Origin: Takakia lepidozioides
Taxonomy: Eukaryota; Plantae; Bryophyta
Direction: 5' to 3'
Length of the DNA stretch: 64,000 nucleotides
Assembly: GCA_030704615.1 (NCBI GenBank)
Contig: CM060733.1
Coordinates: 14,012,001-14,076,000 of the forward strand
Of the stretch, positions 36,671 to 49,954 are shown piece by piece. How positions within the stretch are numbered: the first letter of the stretch is position 1; each line of letters starts with the position of its first letter. A program made the position numbers and the translations under genes. The notes beneath the pieces are model-generated. The model had not been told where the DNA came from and searched no databases. It was given only the letters and a program-made list of their open reading frames with translations.

Positions 36671-39600
36671 TCAAGTATTGAATAGCTTGCGGAAGGTGCC
36701 CTCCTTTTTTGCAGCTCCTTCTTTAGCTTGTTCAGCTAATGCGAAAAGGCGCTTCAGGCCAGTGCTGGATTGGGCCATTGCCCCCCTTCCGAGAGCCGCT
36801 GCCCGGGAAATCATAGCTTCCCTGCTTGGCTGGTCAAAGGATGTTGATACCTGAGTAGGTGTAGTTCTTGGTGACCCTATTCCTTGGGTGGATGACAACA
36901 CTGTTGGGCTGGAGGGTATCCCACTGGCACTCCTATTGCTCAACCGGTCCAGCAAGGGTTGCTGATCGGTTCGTTTCAAACCCTGCATCCATTGCATGAC
37001 GATACATGGAGGTTCTGCAAACAAGTTAGGTTTCCGGTTGAAGTGACTACTGAAGGATACTATGGGCCTAAAGGTTTACTGCACTTCCTGGAAGCCATCT
37101 TCAAGTGTATGATGTATGCGAATTCCACCTTCTGCAATTGTCCTTCAAACTGACATTTCAAAAAGGTTGAGACGACCATATGTGTTGGCTATTTGTCTCT
37201 CTTCTCTCTCTCCTGTGGTTTCTATAAGGTTTCTTTCCTTGTCTTCTTCCTTTCCGGGAAGGTATATCTTGCATCCTCCGAGGCCTGTGGCCACCTTCAG
37301 AGTCCGTTCCCACGCCCTGGCGATAGAGATGGGGCATTGCAGTTAAACATCCCCCAAGGTTAGAATCTATCCTGTCTGCCCAGGAAGTAGCGGCAAAGTA
37401 CTGCTTACTCTTCTCCTCCCCTGGATACAATGAGATCCAAGGCAGATGCTAATATCTTTTTAGAGACTCCCAGCCTTTGACAGACACTTTCAACTTTACG
37501 GACCCAAAGTGCCTCGCAGCCTACCTGCATGAACCACTTTGTTTTCGGGTGTCATTTGATGTTTTTCTACAAGTGGTCTTTTGTTATCCTACCTGTCCCA
37601 TGAGCCCTTGGGGCCCCCTGTGAACATTACAATACCAAATTCAATATGAGTGAAGCATCTGCTAACCTTGAGGTCAAGAATACGCTGGAAATCGGCAACA
37701 GATCCCTCGGGTAGTAGGGCACGATACGTGTCAGCTATGGCCTCAATTGGTGACAGAATGACCTGTCGAAAACAGCATGGTTACTACTACGCCTGTACAA
37801 CTATTCTTCGTACAAACTCTGAAACATGTGGAAGGCCTCATATGACACCTGGCCATCCTTAGAACACTATGATGCCTAAAGTCTCCATCCAGAGAGAAAG
37901 AGAGTCTCACTTTACCTTCAAGATGTGCTCTGCTTTTCCCATCTCACGTGCCACATACTTGGTGTAGCTAGCCGGAGTACTAGTCTGCGATTTCAGCATA
38001 TCCACCAAAACCCACAATAAGGATGCAGAGAGGAATGTCAAGTGTGTTGGTGGTACCTCTCCTTCTCAAGGCCTTAAATGCTACAAGGTGACCAGCAGTA
38101 CAATATAACCTTTATAGAAGTTAACAGAAGCCGTGCTGGAAAACAACACTTTCCAGTGTAATTCCAAAACGAGCCTTCTAGATAAACCCCATAACCAGTC
38201 TATTATTGGCTGTGCATAAGCGCTATGGCAGTTTCAATCAGCGTTCATGTGTTGATGGTAAGAACTGGCTCAAGGAAGTTTATCCTGCAGGGACTTAGGT
38301 CTTTAGTGTACGTTACAGCCAATATTCACAAGGAGAAATCTATACATATACCCTATTGCACCTCTGCACACAGCCAAGGAGCACTGCTGTATTGCCTCAA
38401 GATGAACTCTGGAATAACCTCATTCCCACCCCAACCTCCCTAGCAATTCTCTGAGGCAAAGCTGAAGGATATATACCTGCCCTCCTAAAGAGGGAACCTC
38501 TAGTAGCAGGGTTTTGACAGCATGTGTGTCCAACAACATCTGCAACAATAACATTTCAGTCATCATGACTGTCAACTCCCTTGGAATTTGTCATTCTTTG
38601 ACTGAAAATTCAAATGGTAAACAGGCCGTACATTTCAGCAGGTTGGCTTGTCAACAAACCCCAGAGTGTACAACAAAGATGTGAAAATGATGGATACAAC
38701 CGAAAACCACAGAGCAAAAGAGAATACAAAAGCTCATACAAGCTGCCAGAGGAACTATGAGGAACCTGTTGAGCACCCGTCTCGGAAATGCACTTGCATC
38801 TGAAAATGTTTAAATGGAACCTTGGAGCAAATGATGCTGCCAGCTGCACCCCACGGTATCAGCTTAAGTCAGCTGACTTGCCGAAGTCCCTCAGTTTGTT
38901 TTCTGAATTGCTTAAATCTCAGCAGTTGATCATTCAATTTAAGAAACTTATTCAACTAGTGGAATGTGTACAATACCTTGTCCATGAAAAACTGGAAGTA
39001 GAGAGGCGAGAGGAGGCCAGCAATGACTGGAACACTGCTAGACAGAATAGCGCTGATACCATTGACATAGCTGTACCCCCACCAACATGTATAGAATTTT
39101 AGTTAGAGTGGATGACAGTACCGGGCTTTTCAACATTATGTCATTCTAGGGATCCTACGTTTTGTAGTCTGCACTCAAAAGCAAACTAGCCATCAAAATT
39201 CTTGGTTAACCCCCAGAAAAGACCAGTTCTGGCAAATTATGGCTAATTCTGTTTAATGGGAAACAATGTCACCAATTCGTCCAGAAAATGACATCAAGCA
39301 GCAGGAGCCACAAGCTACTGTCGTTTGAGCCTTTGATTTAGAGCTATACTTTCCCCCTCCCTGGCAGATTATTCTTTGAAGGAAAACATACTTGCGGATT
39401 GTCCTCTGGTTCAAGTGCACAGGACTTCCATCTAAACGAGTACCATTTGAGCGTCAGGTCTGGAAAGCCCAGCCAGAAGGATCAATGGTTGCATTAAGGT
39501 TAAGCCGAAGTAAGGTACTCGCGGGTCTCAGAAACCAAATGGTAATGAGTGTTACAACTAGTTACAGTCAACATAAGGTATGACACTCTGAGCAGTCTTG

Positions 39601-42600
39601 GAAACTGTTGGGAGAGGTATGCTGCAAAAAATTCATCCCTAAAACCCTGATAAGTTGTAAAACGCAGAACAGACTCTTCACAGAGTAGTGGGGTCAGGAA
39701 AAGTGAGGAAAGGGAGCTTTAGTTTAGGACTGCATACTCAGACTGGTCACCGACACCCTCGAGGGTGGCCCATGGAAGTCGAGACATGTTGGCAAGCTCC
39801 ATTTCCAGCCGTGACTCCAGGCCCAACACTAGGGTTGACAAGGCTTTTGTTATCACCCCTGAAAACTCATCCTGCGCAAAATAAATGAAGGTTGACTCAT
39901 CACTCGCAAACGCAGGCAACTGGTGTGTGATCAAGCTAGCGAGAAATGACAGACTTGAGCAACAGTTCAGAAAATTCTGTCTAGGTGCACTTTATGCTAT
40001 GACGAGCCTGCAAACAAATAAATGGCATAGTTGTGTAATCACCCAGGGAACAAAACAAGAAAGGAAAGCAAGGAGCTCTCACAGTACCTGCTCCTCAGAC
40101 ATGTCGATACTCTCGGACAAGTGGGGGTCGATAAGTTTTGATATATTCTCCCCCAGATTGGCAGCCTGCCAACACAGTCCAGCAATGAACAATGTGCACG
40201 AAAGTTTGTGAAGCATTTACCACTCTAGCATGTATTTGCTCTGCATTAGAGCACCACCTCCCTGAAGCTGGATTTGTATATCACTCTCTGGGCTCTCCCT
40301 CTACCCCTGTCTGTTCCACCAAGATGTGGCAAACAACATCTCATGAGTACACTATGTTCCACCAAGCTAATGTCAAAGACTACAAGATTAATGGCAACCA
40401 AAGTATAAGTAGCTCATCTCTCTCCTCCCTTACTCTCACTTGAAGCCAAGAGATTTCACGCTTAGCAAAGAGAGCTCTTACATATTTATCAACCCTGTGA
40501 AATATAGAACATATCAGAGAGGAGAGGATGAAGGAATTACCGTCTCATGACAGTATTCGGCTGTATTTACAATGTAACATACCACCCTCTCATCTTTGTC
40601 TGAGACCTGGACAAACCCCCAGTGTCAATGTCTTCTAGATACCAATCCCCTATAGGAACCAGTAATACTTCCCTGTCGTCATTAGAGAGAAGAGAAAGAG
40701 GACGGAATATATTTGAGGTCCACAGGAATGGAGGCCCTAAGGGCTATGGTACCAGAAGGGAGTTCCGAAGGAGATTCCGTGATTGAAATTAAGAAACAGA
40801 CGGAATAAATATTCTAAAGTTACTATTGCCTGTAAAGGAGCCTGAAAGGGCTTTGGACCCAAAACAACATCCTGCGTGAGATTCCCAAAACTAGAATAGA
40901 GATTTCCCCCAAAACACGGAGTGCTCATGAAGGTAAGCAGCTAAGCACTTGGGGTCTCTACCGCTATGAGAAAGCAAGGAAAGACGGAAATTTATATTAG
41001 TCCTATTGGACAACAGCAAGAAACCTACGTGAGAGAGAAAGCTACTACATCCACGGGTGTCCAGAGGGCTATATCTGGGGTCTTGCCCCTTACTCTCTAA
41101 AACATCCAGAAAAGAGAGGGATACAAACCTTCACCAATCCCTCCACACCAGTTACAAGACCTGGCTGTCCTCTGGGCAACCGGCCAACAAGTCTTCCTGC
41201 ATATGCTCTTAGCACTCTCTGAAACACCTGCCTCACAACAGAAGGACATGTGAGTGCATCCATCAACAATTTCACCGTAGTTCCAGCCAGAAAAATCCCA
41301 AAGGCTTTAAAGCTCCAGAAATCATAAAATGCTCAACAAACATTGGATTGATCATGGAATATGAGCAGTGTATCATACCTTGTACAAGTTGAAGAGGGTT
41401 TGGTTGCGGGTCAGGGCACTGCAACGCTTCAAGCTTCTCTTTATGATCAAGAATACCTGCTCACATTCACGACTGAAACACGTCATTGGCTTCCCACCTT
41501 TGTGAACAGTAACTTGGGCACCAATACAGGAAAGACAAGACTATCCAAGGAACTGGTACGTGGTAAAGAATGTACTCGTAAGACGTTGGTAAGTGGTAAA
41601 GAGAGAGTTCCTAGGATAAAATTTGGGTCCCTCAGCTCTCAAACCTTGCATTTAGGTCCTTTTTCCAAGCCATTGCTCCTCTGGTGAAGGATCTGAGTTT
41701 CAATCAAGGCTCTGATGCCAGCGAGAAAAGTAGTGGAAGAGAGTTTGCACACATGGCTGTCTCACAAAAAACCATGGTGTTGAGCAAGACCTGAGTGCTG
41801 CTGGAGAGGATGTTAGCCTGGCTGCCTTCTTCACACTCCCAGCTCTCTTCCTGTTCAGTCATGCGAGGAAAAGGGAGAGTCTTCATGTGAGCTTCACGAT
41901 TTGACTGGCTTTCTTACATTATGGAAGTCTTTTGAAAGAATGGAAACAGGGGCCACAGGGAGAATCATGCCATAATGAGCTTGTCCAACGCCTCCATCAA
42001 CATCTTCTCTTCCAGCTCTACATAGCTTGACATATGGGGCTCAAAGCACGACGATATCGTCCCTCGGAAGTGGAAGTTCATTGCTGCCTGCACGACAAGG
42101 TAATTTCTTGATTCAGTGATTCACTTCTACATTACTTTCTCCTAAGCTTGGCGATCCTGCCCAAAACTTACATTAGATCAACTGTCCACACTTGGATATT
42201 AGGTCCGTGGGGTAAAAGCCTCTGTATTGTTGCTTACTAGGAAGTCATAATCATATACACTTTCAAACTACTTGAACCAACCTAATCGAATATCATAGGA
42301 AATAAAGGGCTGTCTAATATCCTGCAAATCCTGTATGTGGTGTGTTTGGCCCAAAACCCAAGAAAATTTTGAGAAAGAAACTGCAACATAACGAAAATAT
42401 TGGCCAATTGTTGAAAGACCCCAAACGATTGAAGATTACTCTTTCATTCGCTGCTTCCTGTTTCAGCTTCTTTTCTCCTCCTGTTTCCTGTCATTGACAA
42501 CATAGGTGTGATATATGTCAAGGTCCATGGAGGGCCCACTGCTACAGGAGCACACAAAACTCATCAGCTCTCTGCATGAAGCGCAGCAGGCCCAACAGGT

Positions 42601-45600
42601 ACTAGGATGCATGACATCAAAACTATCAAGAAGAAGCGAAAGGAACTGGAGAGTGCCTACTAATTTCAGCTGCTTTTGATACTTTTTGCGGATGGCCGAG
42701 GCTGTGAGCTCTCCATCTTTTGAATTAAAGCCTTCGTCATCACTCTCCTCTTCCTTTTTCTTGGCCCCTGCACCCCCAAACCGCTCGGCCAGCTCCTCCT
42801 CAAACTCAAGAGTCCTTTGCAGTGCCTGCCACCGGGTAAGAACTTGAGGTGTCGAATGACGGGCCAGGTAAGTTATTGTCATACTGAGACTAAATTGAAA
42901 TGAGAAACAATCAACAATTTGATAACTTATGATGAGTAATTTCAAGCATTTTATTCATGAAAACACTAAATAAACTAGGTTATATTTCATACTTGAACAA
43001 AAAGGTGAAAGCTGTCTATTTTAATGTTACTCTAAGGTTTCCACCATAGCCTTCATCTCAGTTTCTGCTAAAGACCTCCACCCACCCAATGTAAAAACTA
43101 AAATGTAGTGGGGTAATGTAGCCTTGGAAAAATAAGGATGCCACTGAGGTCATTTCAGAGAATCTGAATTTCTTGGGGGCGGCAGTTCTCATGTTGCAGA
43201 ATTTCCATTCTAATGAATTCAAATAAATGTGACCCAACTACCTTTGCTTGAGGTAGTTTCTTCTCAAAAGTCTTCTTACTGTCCAAGGAGCCAGACAACC
43301 CATTTACCAATACAGCTGAAGACCTAATTACAACGCATGTGTGTGTGGACAGATTCAGAAACCCAGAAATTACTAGATTACCTGCAGCAGAGTCGCTACG
43401 TCAGGTTTGGGTTGGGCTGTATCTAGAATCTCCATCAACTGCGCCCTGCGAACCCCATTCACATTCATATTGCAGCATTTGACCAAAACTGATAGCCAAA
43501 ATTTGCCCAGATAAGGCCCCCGGTAGTCAAATGTACCTTGTAACTTTGCAGAACTGCATACATAGGGTGTGGGCCACACGCCATGCTGGTGGAAAAATTT
43601 GCCAAACTTCTTCATTTGCTCTCAATTGGCGCTTGATCCACGCATACCTTCGTTCCGCCTTTTCCAATTTTGCCACCTCTGTGGTTGTGACAAACAACTA
43701 AAATCAGTGGAAGATAATATCATTATGTAGAAAAAGAAATCATGCAGCCTTCTCTGTCAGTCCTTAAACTTCAGCAAAGAAGCTGCGTCTGTTGTTCCTA
43801 TATGCCAAAGAAAGGCCATGTCTTCTAGAACAGACAGGGTTCGCTGTTTCCATCTGCCATGCAAGAAACCTGAGGCACCAGGGTCATCCAGGCTCCAGTC
43901 ATAATCAAATCTCTTTGAAGCCATAGGTGAGGACAAGTGAGGACTGTATGGGAGAAGAAAAAGCTAAGAATGGAAAAGAGACAATCTACTAGATAGGTTA
44001 CATCAGAATGAGTCACCTGTTCCCTGAAAAATTTGTTGGTACGCAGTGAGCTCCTTGCTGCAAACATTGCGAATGACCTCTTCTTTTGCTGAGGGATCAA
44101 GTGCATCGATGACTAGGCAGGCATCTGCAAGCTGCTGCATCTGTTGCCCATCTTCATTCAGCCCTGCCGTCCCTAGACTGTCCCAAACCCGACCCCCTCC
44201 TGGAGTGAACAATGAAGGCCATTTGGACCAAACATGGACAGGAGAAGAGAGAAATGTTCATTATAATGCCCAGTATAGAGCTGCATTTTCCAGACGGAGC
44301 CCATATCTTATTTAGGATACAGATGTAAGAAAGTACCTTGAGAAATCAGAGAAAACATGAGATTTTAACGTTTCTTTGATGCCTTTGAATTTCTCTCTTA
44401 GCTCTGTAATCTTGGGGATATCACTGTATGCCTCAAAATGGCTACAAAGTTGGTTTACTGCCTGCACACACAGACTTCCATGACTGAATCATTCTTCTTC
44501 TCTGCCATAACTCCCAGTCTTAAGAATCCAATAATATTTCGTCTCATCAAACTAATCCACCTAAGCTCGAGTCAGACAAAAGTCTTTAAATCTTACTCAG
44601 ATCTCCCAACCTTGCACCCTCTAATGCAACATTGCAATCTACTCCTAGATTTAAAGACAAATGCGTGGAAAGCTATGAGCATGGATCAGCCATCTAGTGA
44701 ATGGAGAGAGAAAAAAACCAGGATTCAGACCTCAAGCTGTCCAGCAGCCTCTTTGTATTGGCGCTTGGCAGCCATTATTTGAAGCTGATCCACAGCTGAC
44801 ACTGGACCCATGAGAAGGCCACACATGTCATTTGCTTTAGAACTTCTAATAGGAGTGCTTCAAACATAGATGTGCCCATACATATGACTGCACAGACTCA
44901 CAACCTGAGCAAAACATGCCTATCAGAACAAAGTTAGGAGCTTGTCAGGACATCAGAAGCTCAGACCCTTGCATATTCAGGCTATGAAGCTGCAATACTC
45001 ATGCATGGCACCGTGAGCAACATTGTTTCATGCAGAGATTTAGGTCTGGATTTTCTGGAGCTAATTTAGGTGTTTGGCATATGGGATTGGTCCTCTGGAC
45101 CTCCTTCACATGTAATAAATTCCCATTCTTTTCCTTTCTGCCCTGTGGATGGTATAAAGTTTCTCAGTTTCTCTTCCTCCCCATTTACATAGTGCATCCA
45201 AACCAGGCACAGGGTCTATGGCCATAAGCCCATGGCCAATGAGTACATCTTGCCCCCTCCTCCAGACCTACCCAGTCAGTATCAAATCTTTCCAAAACAG
45301 ACTAGATTATCCAAGGTCCAAAAGAAAGAGGAAAATGCACAAACCCAGCATGGCAAGGCGATGGAGAGCCGTGATAGTGGTGGTTATGTGTTTTTTGGCA
45401 AAGTCTAGCTTCTTGATGTCACGGCATATTTCCTGCACCATTACCTCGCTCTGCTCTGCTTTCTCTTTCATCTCACTTATTTTCTGCGTCAGCTCCTGTC
45501 ACCAGAAATCCCACTACTCATTCTTATTAAGTTCTTCGTACCTGCATTACATGTAGCAGTCTAATTACTTGCTCTCTAGAAACTTGCACTGGATGTTTTC

Positions 45601-46664
45601 TGCCGCCAAACCCCTAATTTATGGCATCAGACTTCATTGGTAGTCAGACATGACAATAATTGAAGTTACTTCAAATCCCCTTGGCCCACTACTCGTACTA
45701 TCAGGGTGAATTTGTTCGAAGGACAGAGTATATACTTTGATAATTGATAGAGTCTGGAGGTACCTGAATGGCTCGCATGGATGCTGCCAGGTCCTCCTTT
45801 GCTTTTGACCCTGATGTGCTCTGAGGTGGGTCCACCGTAAGTACATTGTGATTACTCTTGATAAGTCACGCTTTCTGCAAAAGCCCCTCATCCCATATCT
45901 AAACACGCCCTGAAGGGAATTGAGAGGTTGGGATTCCCTCCCTCCCTTCCCCCTTCTGTGTGTGTTCTAACCACTGAGCTGAGGTATCCCTCAGTGCGTG
46001 TGCTGACTACAGTTGCAACGAAGTAACGTATTGAACTGGAAATGGCACCTGCTGTCGAATGGCTGCCAAAATCTCAGCATCAACACGCCGTATCTTGTTT
46101 CGCAGCTTTGCAATGAGCGGGTCCACTGCCACCAATGATGCCTCTGCAGACGAGTGCAACAGCTTTTGCTATCAGCACACACTTCGCCAGGGCTCAGTTA
46201 CAGAGAGCTGGGCAAAAGTGCAAAATAACTTAAACATGCGATGAGAAACTTTACAACTTCAGTATTTCGCAAAGAAACATAAAAAGAGAAGTCTCTCAGG
46301 CGCCTCACAGGCTAATTGTATACTACGATAAATTCTTACCGCTACTGGGTTATAAAATCATGGCAGCACACTCCGTTATGCTTTAAGTTCTTGTAAACGG
46401 CACAGCCAAAAGGGACCGATTCTTCCATAGTGGCTTATTCTCGGCCAACAGTTTGGGTAATTCCAGTTGACAAACACGGATACTGCTGCGACCAGACAAC
46501 CCGTGCTTTGGGTGGTAAGGATTGTAGGTCGACCATGTCCAAGATCGAGCAGAAACAGAAAAAGGCCAGAGAGGAGGTACATGATCATATGAATGAACGC
46601 GGCCCGCACCTGTAGGGAAAACAGTGTTGATGAACTCAAGAGTGCTGGCATTAGTCGCCGCCAT
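36671..46664 (-). CDS. VPS53: Vacuolar protein sorting 53 (GARP/EARP tethering complex subunit; HIT1 orthologue)
   Basis: 24 exons traced by hand, from 46664-46610 (MAATNASTLEFINTVFPT) to 36982-36671 (...RAAALGRG...GTFRKLFNT*). Diagnostic peptides KAEQSEVMVQEICRDIKKLDFAKKHITTTITALHRLAML, ERRYAWIKRQL, ALQRTLEFEEEL, ISSCFEPH, CYIVNTAEYCHET, VGDQS, ISETGAQQMLLDT. One intron (41970-41851) appears to be GC-AG. Confidence 0.95.
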
Positions 46665-47242
46665 TGGATTTGAAGATGGAGAAGTACTCCCCTTCCAATC
46701 CAGCTACCAAATGCTTCCCTTTCCACCCCTGTAAAACAAATGCATTGATATTTACGTGCTTCTTGCTCGCCAATCCACCTGCGGGTACTGCGAGGGTTTA
46801 GCACTGCCAAGCACGATTTGGATGCCTTCCCCCTTCATTCCAGAAGAATCACTCCCGCATATCCAAACTGTGAAACAGAGAAAGACATCTGCTGACCTCC
46901 GCCTGCACTATATCAATCTGTGCAACACAATTGAAGGCAGTAGTCTCTACGAAGAAAGAACGAGAGAGATCCCGAGTTTGTGATCCTCCTTTGCAAACTG
47001 CAATCTCCGAGCTGCGCTTCGTGGAGGCTCCGTTCTTCCCAGAACAGTCGCCTCAAACGTAGCAGGAAGACAAGACTCTGTAACATGGCACTTCTTATAA
47101 AAATAAATCAATGAGATTTATTTATTTATTTTTGTTTTCAAGTTTGAAGTTTGTAGAGGGTAAGTTCGCGTACAAGAGGTGTAGGGATCGATGCCCAACT
47201 TCTCAAAACCTTGGTTCTTTGTGCTTACCCCCTTTGTACTGG

Positions 47243-48330
47243 CGCCAAGAAGGGCTTAGCAAAAAATCTAGAAGTGCTTCTTGTTGTCGAGATCCTTGAT
47301 GGGAAATGGGGACAGCTCAGAGGAGATGTGCGAGACCAGTTTGCAGTTATGAAAGACTTCTGTTTCTTACACTGAATCCTGTAGAGGGCCAATATTCTTG
47401 CTCAAACATTCGATAAAGAAACTTGTGGCGGATGGTGCCCGTGCATAACATTAAGTGTCTGACACGCCCTTGGGTGTATGTGTTTGTGAAGAAAGAGAAA
47501 TTATCACATCCACGGAAAGCTCAAAGGACGAGAGAGCTCTAGACAATCCAACAGGTAAGTCAAGCCGACATCAAAATGGTGCATGCAGAGAGTGGGTTAT
47601 GCTTAGGCACTCCTGTTATAACCCTTAAACGGCAAGCCTGCCCCTGCAAACATCAGTGAAGAACATGTCATAGCATTTCCAGTCAAAGCCAATGGAAGGC
47701 TGCCATTGGAGCATGTGAATTTAGAATAGGCTCTTGCACACATCTTGTCATAATAGTCTATATCACAAACTTAGATGTCATAACAGACACATGAATACAA
47801 GAGCCTCCTGTTTTGAGGGAGGAGAGCACTGTGTTTATAGAGTTGCCTTTGTGATCAAGATTAGCTATCCGATGTCTTTCACCCTGTAAATGGCTGTTTT
47901 GTAAAAATGGTGGATGTCGTACTACTAGTCATCAATCCCTTTCTTTGCATTCTAGACAAAATGATAAAGAATACATCCACCTTACTACTGCATCAATGCA
48001 TCATGGAAAAGTCCAAGATCTGTCATGCAGGACTCTTCCTTGAGCTTTCCGTGGATGTGATAAATTCTTTCTTTCACAAACACATACACTCACAGGCGTG
48101 TCAGACAGTTTATGCTATGCCCGGGCACCATCCGCCACAAGTTTCTTTATCGAATGTTTGAGCAAGAACATTGGCTCTGTACAGGATTCAGGCACTATAT
48201 AAGAGGCAGAAGTTTTTCATAACTGCAAACAGGTCTCTCACATCTCTCTTATATCCTCTCCCCATTTCCCATGAATGATATCGATAACAAGGAGCACTTT
48301 TAGATTATTTGCTAAGCCCTTTTGGGTGCG
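47243..48330 (+). ncRNA. Candidate long hairpin RNA (siRNA/miRNA precursor) whose loop is a spliceosomal intron
   Basis: Arms ~47243-47534 and ~48033-48330 are imperfect reverse complements, including a perfect stretch of over 40 bp (CTTGCTCAAACATTCGATAAAGAAACTTGTGGCGGATGGTGCCC). The spacer starts CAG|GTAAGT (47555) and ends TGCAG|G (48030). No long ORF. The inverted repeat is certain; expression and splicing are inferred. Confidence 0.6.
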
Positions 48331-48719
48331 AGGGTCAGAGCTCATTTGTACTTCAATGGGAGAACTGTCTGTGGGCCATTTATGATAAATTCATCTATGA
48401 TGAAAATTCAGAACCCCTGCGAATTTTAGGAAGTCGGTATGTGCAGGATTAGCTCGAATAGCTCAATCATCAGAAATCACATGGGCAAAACCTGCTTGAA
48501 ACTAGACTGATTGTCATACTGATGGAGCCCAAACAGATTCGGCTCTCCTATAAGCATGGTAGTCTCTTCACCAATGACTGACTGAAGCTCCGACTATCAC
48601 GGCTCAACGCCACTCTTTGTTCTTGATGCACAGAAACAGGGAATGAGAGTAACAGTGGCGTAACTGTCCCCAAGAGGAAAAAACCGAAGCTCGTAGAGCT
48701 AGATATATTGACACAAAGA

Positions 48720-49779
48720 AAGAAATCAAACTATTCTAGTATCACCTACAGCCTGAAGAAGGTCAGACAACAGGAAAGAGGATGGATCAGAGAGTGCCGG
48801 GAGGCAAGATGAAGCCGCCCCGGCAACCTCTGCCCGACGTAAAATAGATTGAGCGTGAGCCTTTTGCAAAGCAACAGACACTCGTTGTCTAAAGAAAACT
48901 ACAAGAACAAAGAGTGCTAAAGGAAATAATGTGTCTGTGGAGTGCTAAAGGAAATAATGTGCGTTCTCCACCGGAGTGGCAACGAAGAAGATGTACGCCG
49001 AGTGAATCGATAGGGTGGTGACAAACACACTGTTGCAGTCCTAATACAGAGGGATGCGGAAGACCCAGTCGAACTCGTAGGGAGGTGGTAAATACAGCAG
49101 AAGACGTACGGAAGGGTACAATGGTTGGTCGTACTGTGAGCCACACGCCTGCTTCAGGCCCGGCACATGAGAGAAGTCTGGCCCGATGTGTATCTGAAGG
49201 AGCATCGGAAAGCATGCTGGAAAAAAAGTATCGGTGCACGCGTTCCATGTTGGTATCATGTAAGTGCTCCAGACCTTGAGTGACCAACTGTTCAACGGGT
49301 GGTAGACAAGCCCGTGCTTGTGTTGGGAGGAGATCCCGCGCTGAACAAAGATGTTGCTGAAAGGACAAAGAGCCATCATCGATGTGGGCAACCACCTCCA
49401 TGAGAAAAGGGCATTGCTGACACAGAAATCAAGATGCAAAGGCTATAGCGACTAAAGCCCAACTACCTAGGAAGGCAGCAGGGGCAGTGACGACTGTGGA
49501 TAGTAAATCCACTCCTTCAGAAGAGATCGGGAGGGTAGTCTGACAACATGCCACTATCAAATGCACCTGGGCCTAAATGAACGACCAAAAATCCCCCTAA
49601 CAGTCGTATAAAAAGAAGACACAAGCTCCACAAACTACGGGGTGGGGGGAAACAACGCAAAAGATGATAAGGTCGTTGTAAAAAGCATTTAGTGATAATG
49701 CCATGGGCTACTTGCATATCCCCTAGTTTGGGAAGAAGCTTTATATAGCTTGTATCATGTAGCAAAGCGTCTTGGAGGA
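48720..49779 (-). mobile_element. CRE-clade non-LTR retrotransposon, 3' half (RT thumb region, CCHC knuckle, C-terminus; RLE core deleted)
   Basis: LQDALLHD...LLR; RARLLSCAGPEAGVWLTVRP...F...LRVRLGLP...CVC...D.LGVHLLRC..GGER; C-terminal RQRVSVALQKAHAQSILRR at ~48890-48835. Confidence 0.8.
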
Positions 49780-49954
49780 GAGAAGACCCCGGCCGAAGCC
49801 GGCGTAACCAAGAGCCACTTCGCCTTACGGCTACTGCCCCCTTTCGGGGGTGGGCCCTATATATAAGGAGGGGGAGTGCCCTGTGGGCACCCGATGATTG
49901 TTAAATATGGAGGAAATAGTGGTATACCTTGGGGGACTTTTAGGAGACGTTTGA
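49780..49954 (-). mobile_element. 3' end of a Dualen/RandI-like RLE LINE: ORF C-terminus plus structured 3' UTR (49857-49785)
   Basis: KRLLKVPQGIPLFPPYLTIIGCPQGTPPPYI* followed directly by the three-hairpin module and a short TTCTC tail, abutting the 13-bp TSD GCGTCTTGGAGGA (49767-49779) whose twin is at 57533-57545. Confidence 0.72.

Noticed and set aside
37000-37660. 90-aa ORF (37158-37430) in the last VPS53 intron as an extra exon or nested gene
   Set aside because: VPS53 splices cleanly from ...ILDLK to GLKRTDQ without it, and no motif is recognised.
40620-41100. L1-like LINE remnant in a VPS53 intron
   Set aside because: Only a vague resemblance (a KARK-like stretch) with many stops; not enough to call.
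49785-49857. Assignment of the structured module to a known self-cleaving ribozyme (hammerhead, HDV, twister)
   Set aside because: It lacks the CUGANGA/GAAA core, the HDV nested pseudoknot and the twister pseudoknot pairings; the stable tetraloops are on the minus strand, at a LINE 3' end rather than a 5' end.
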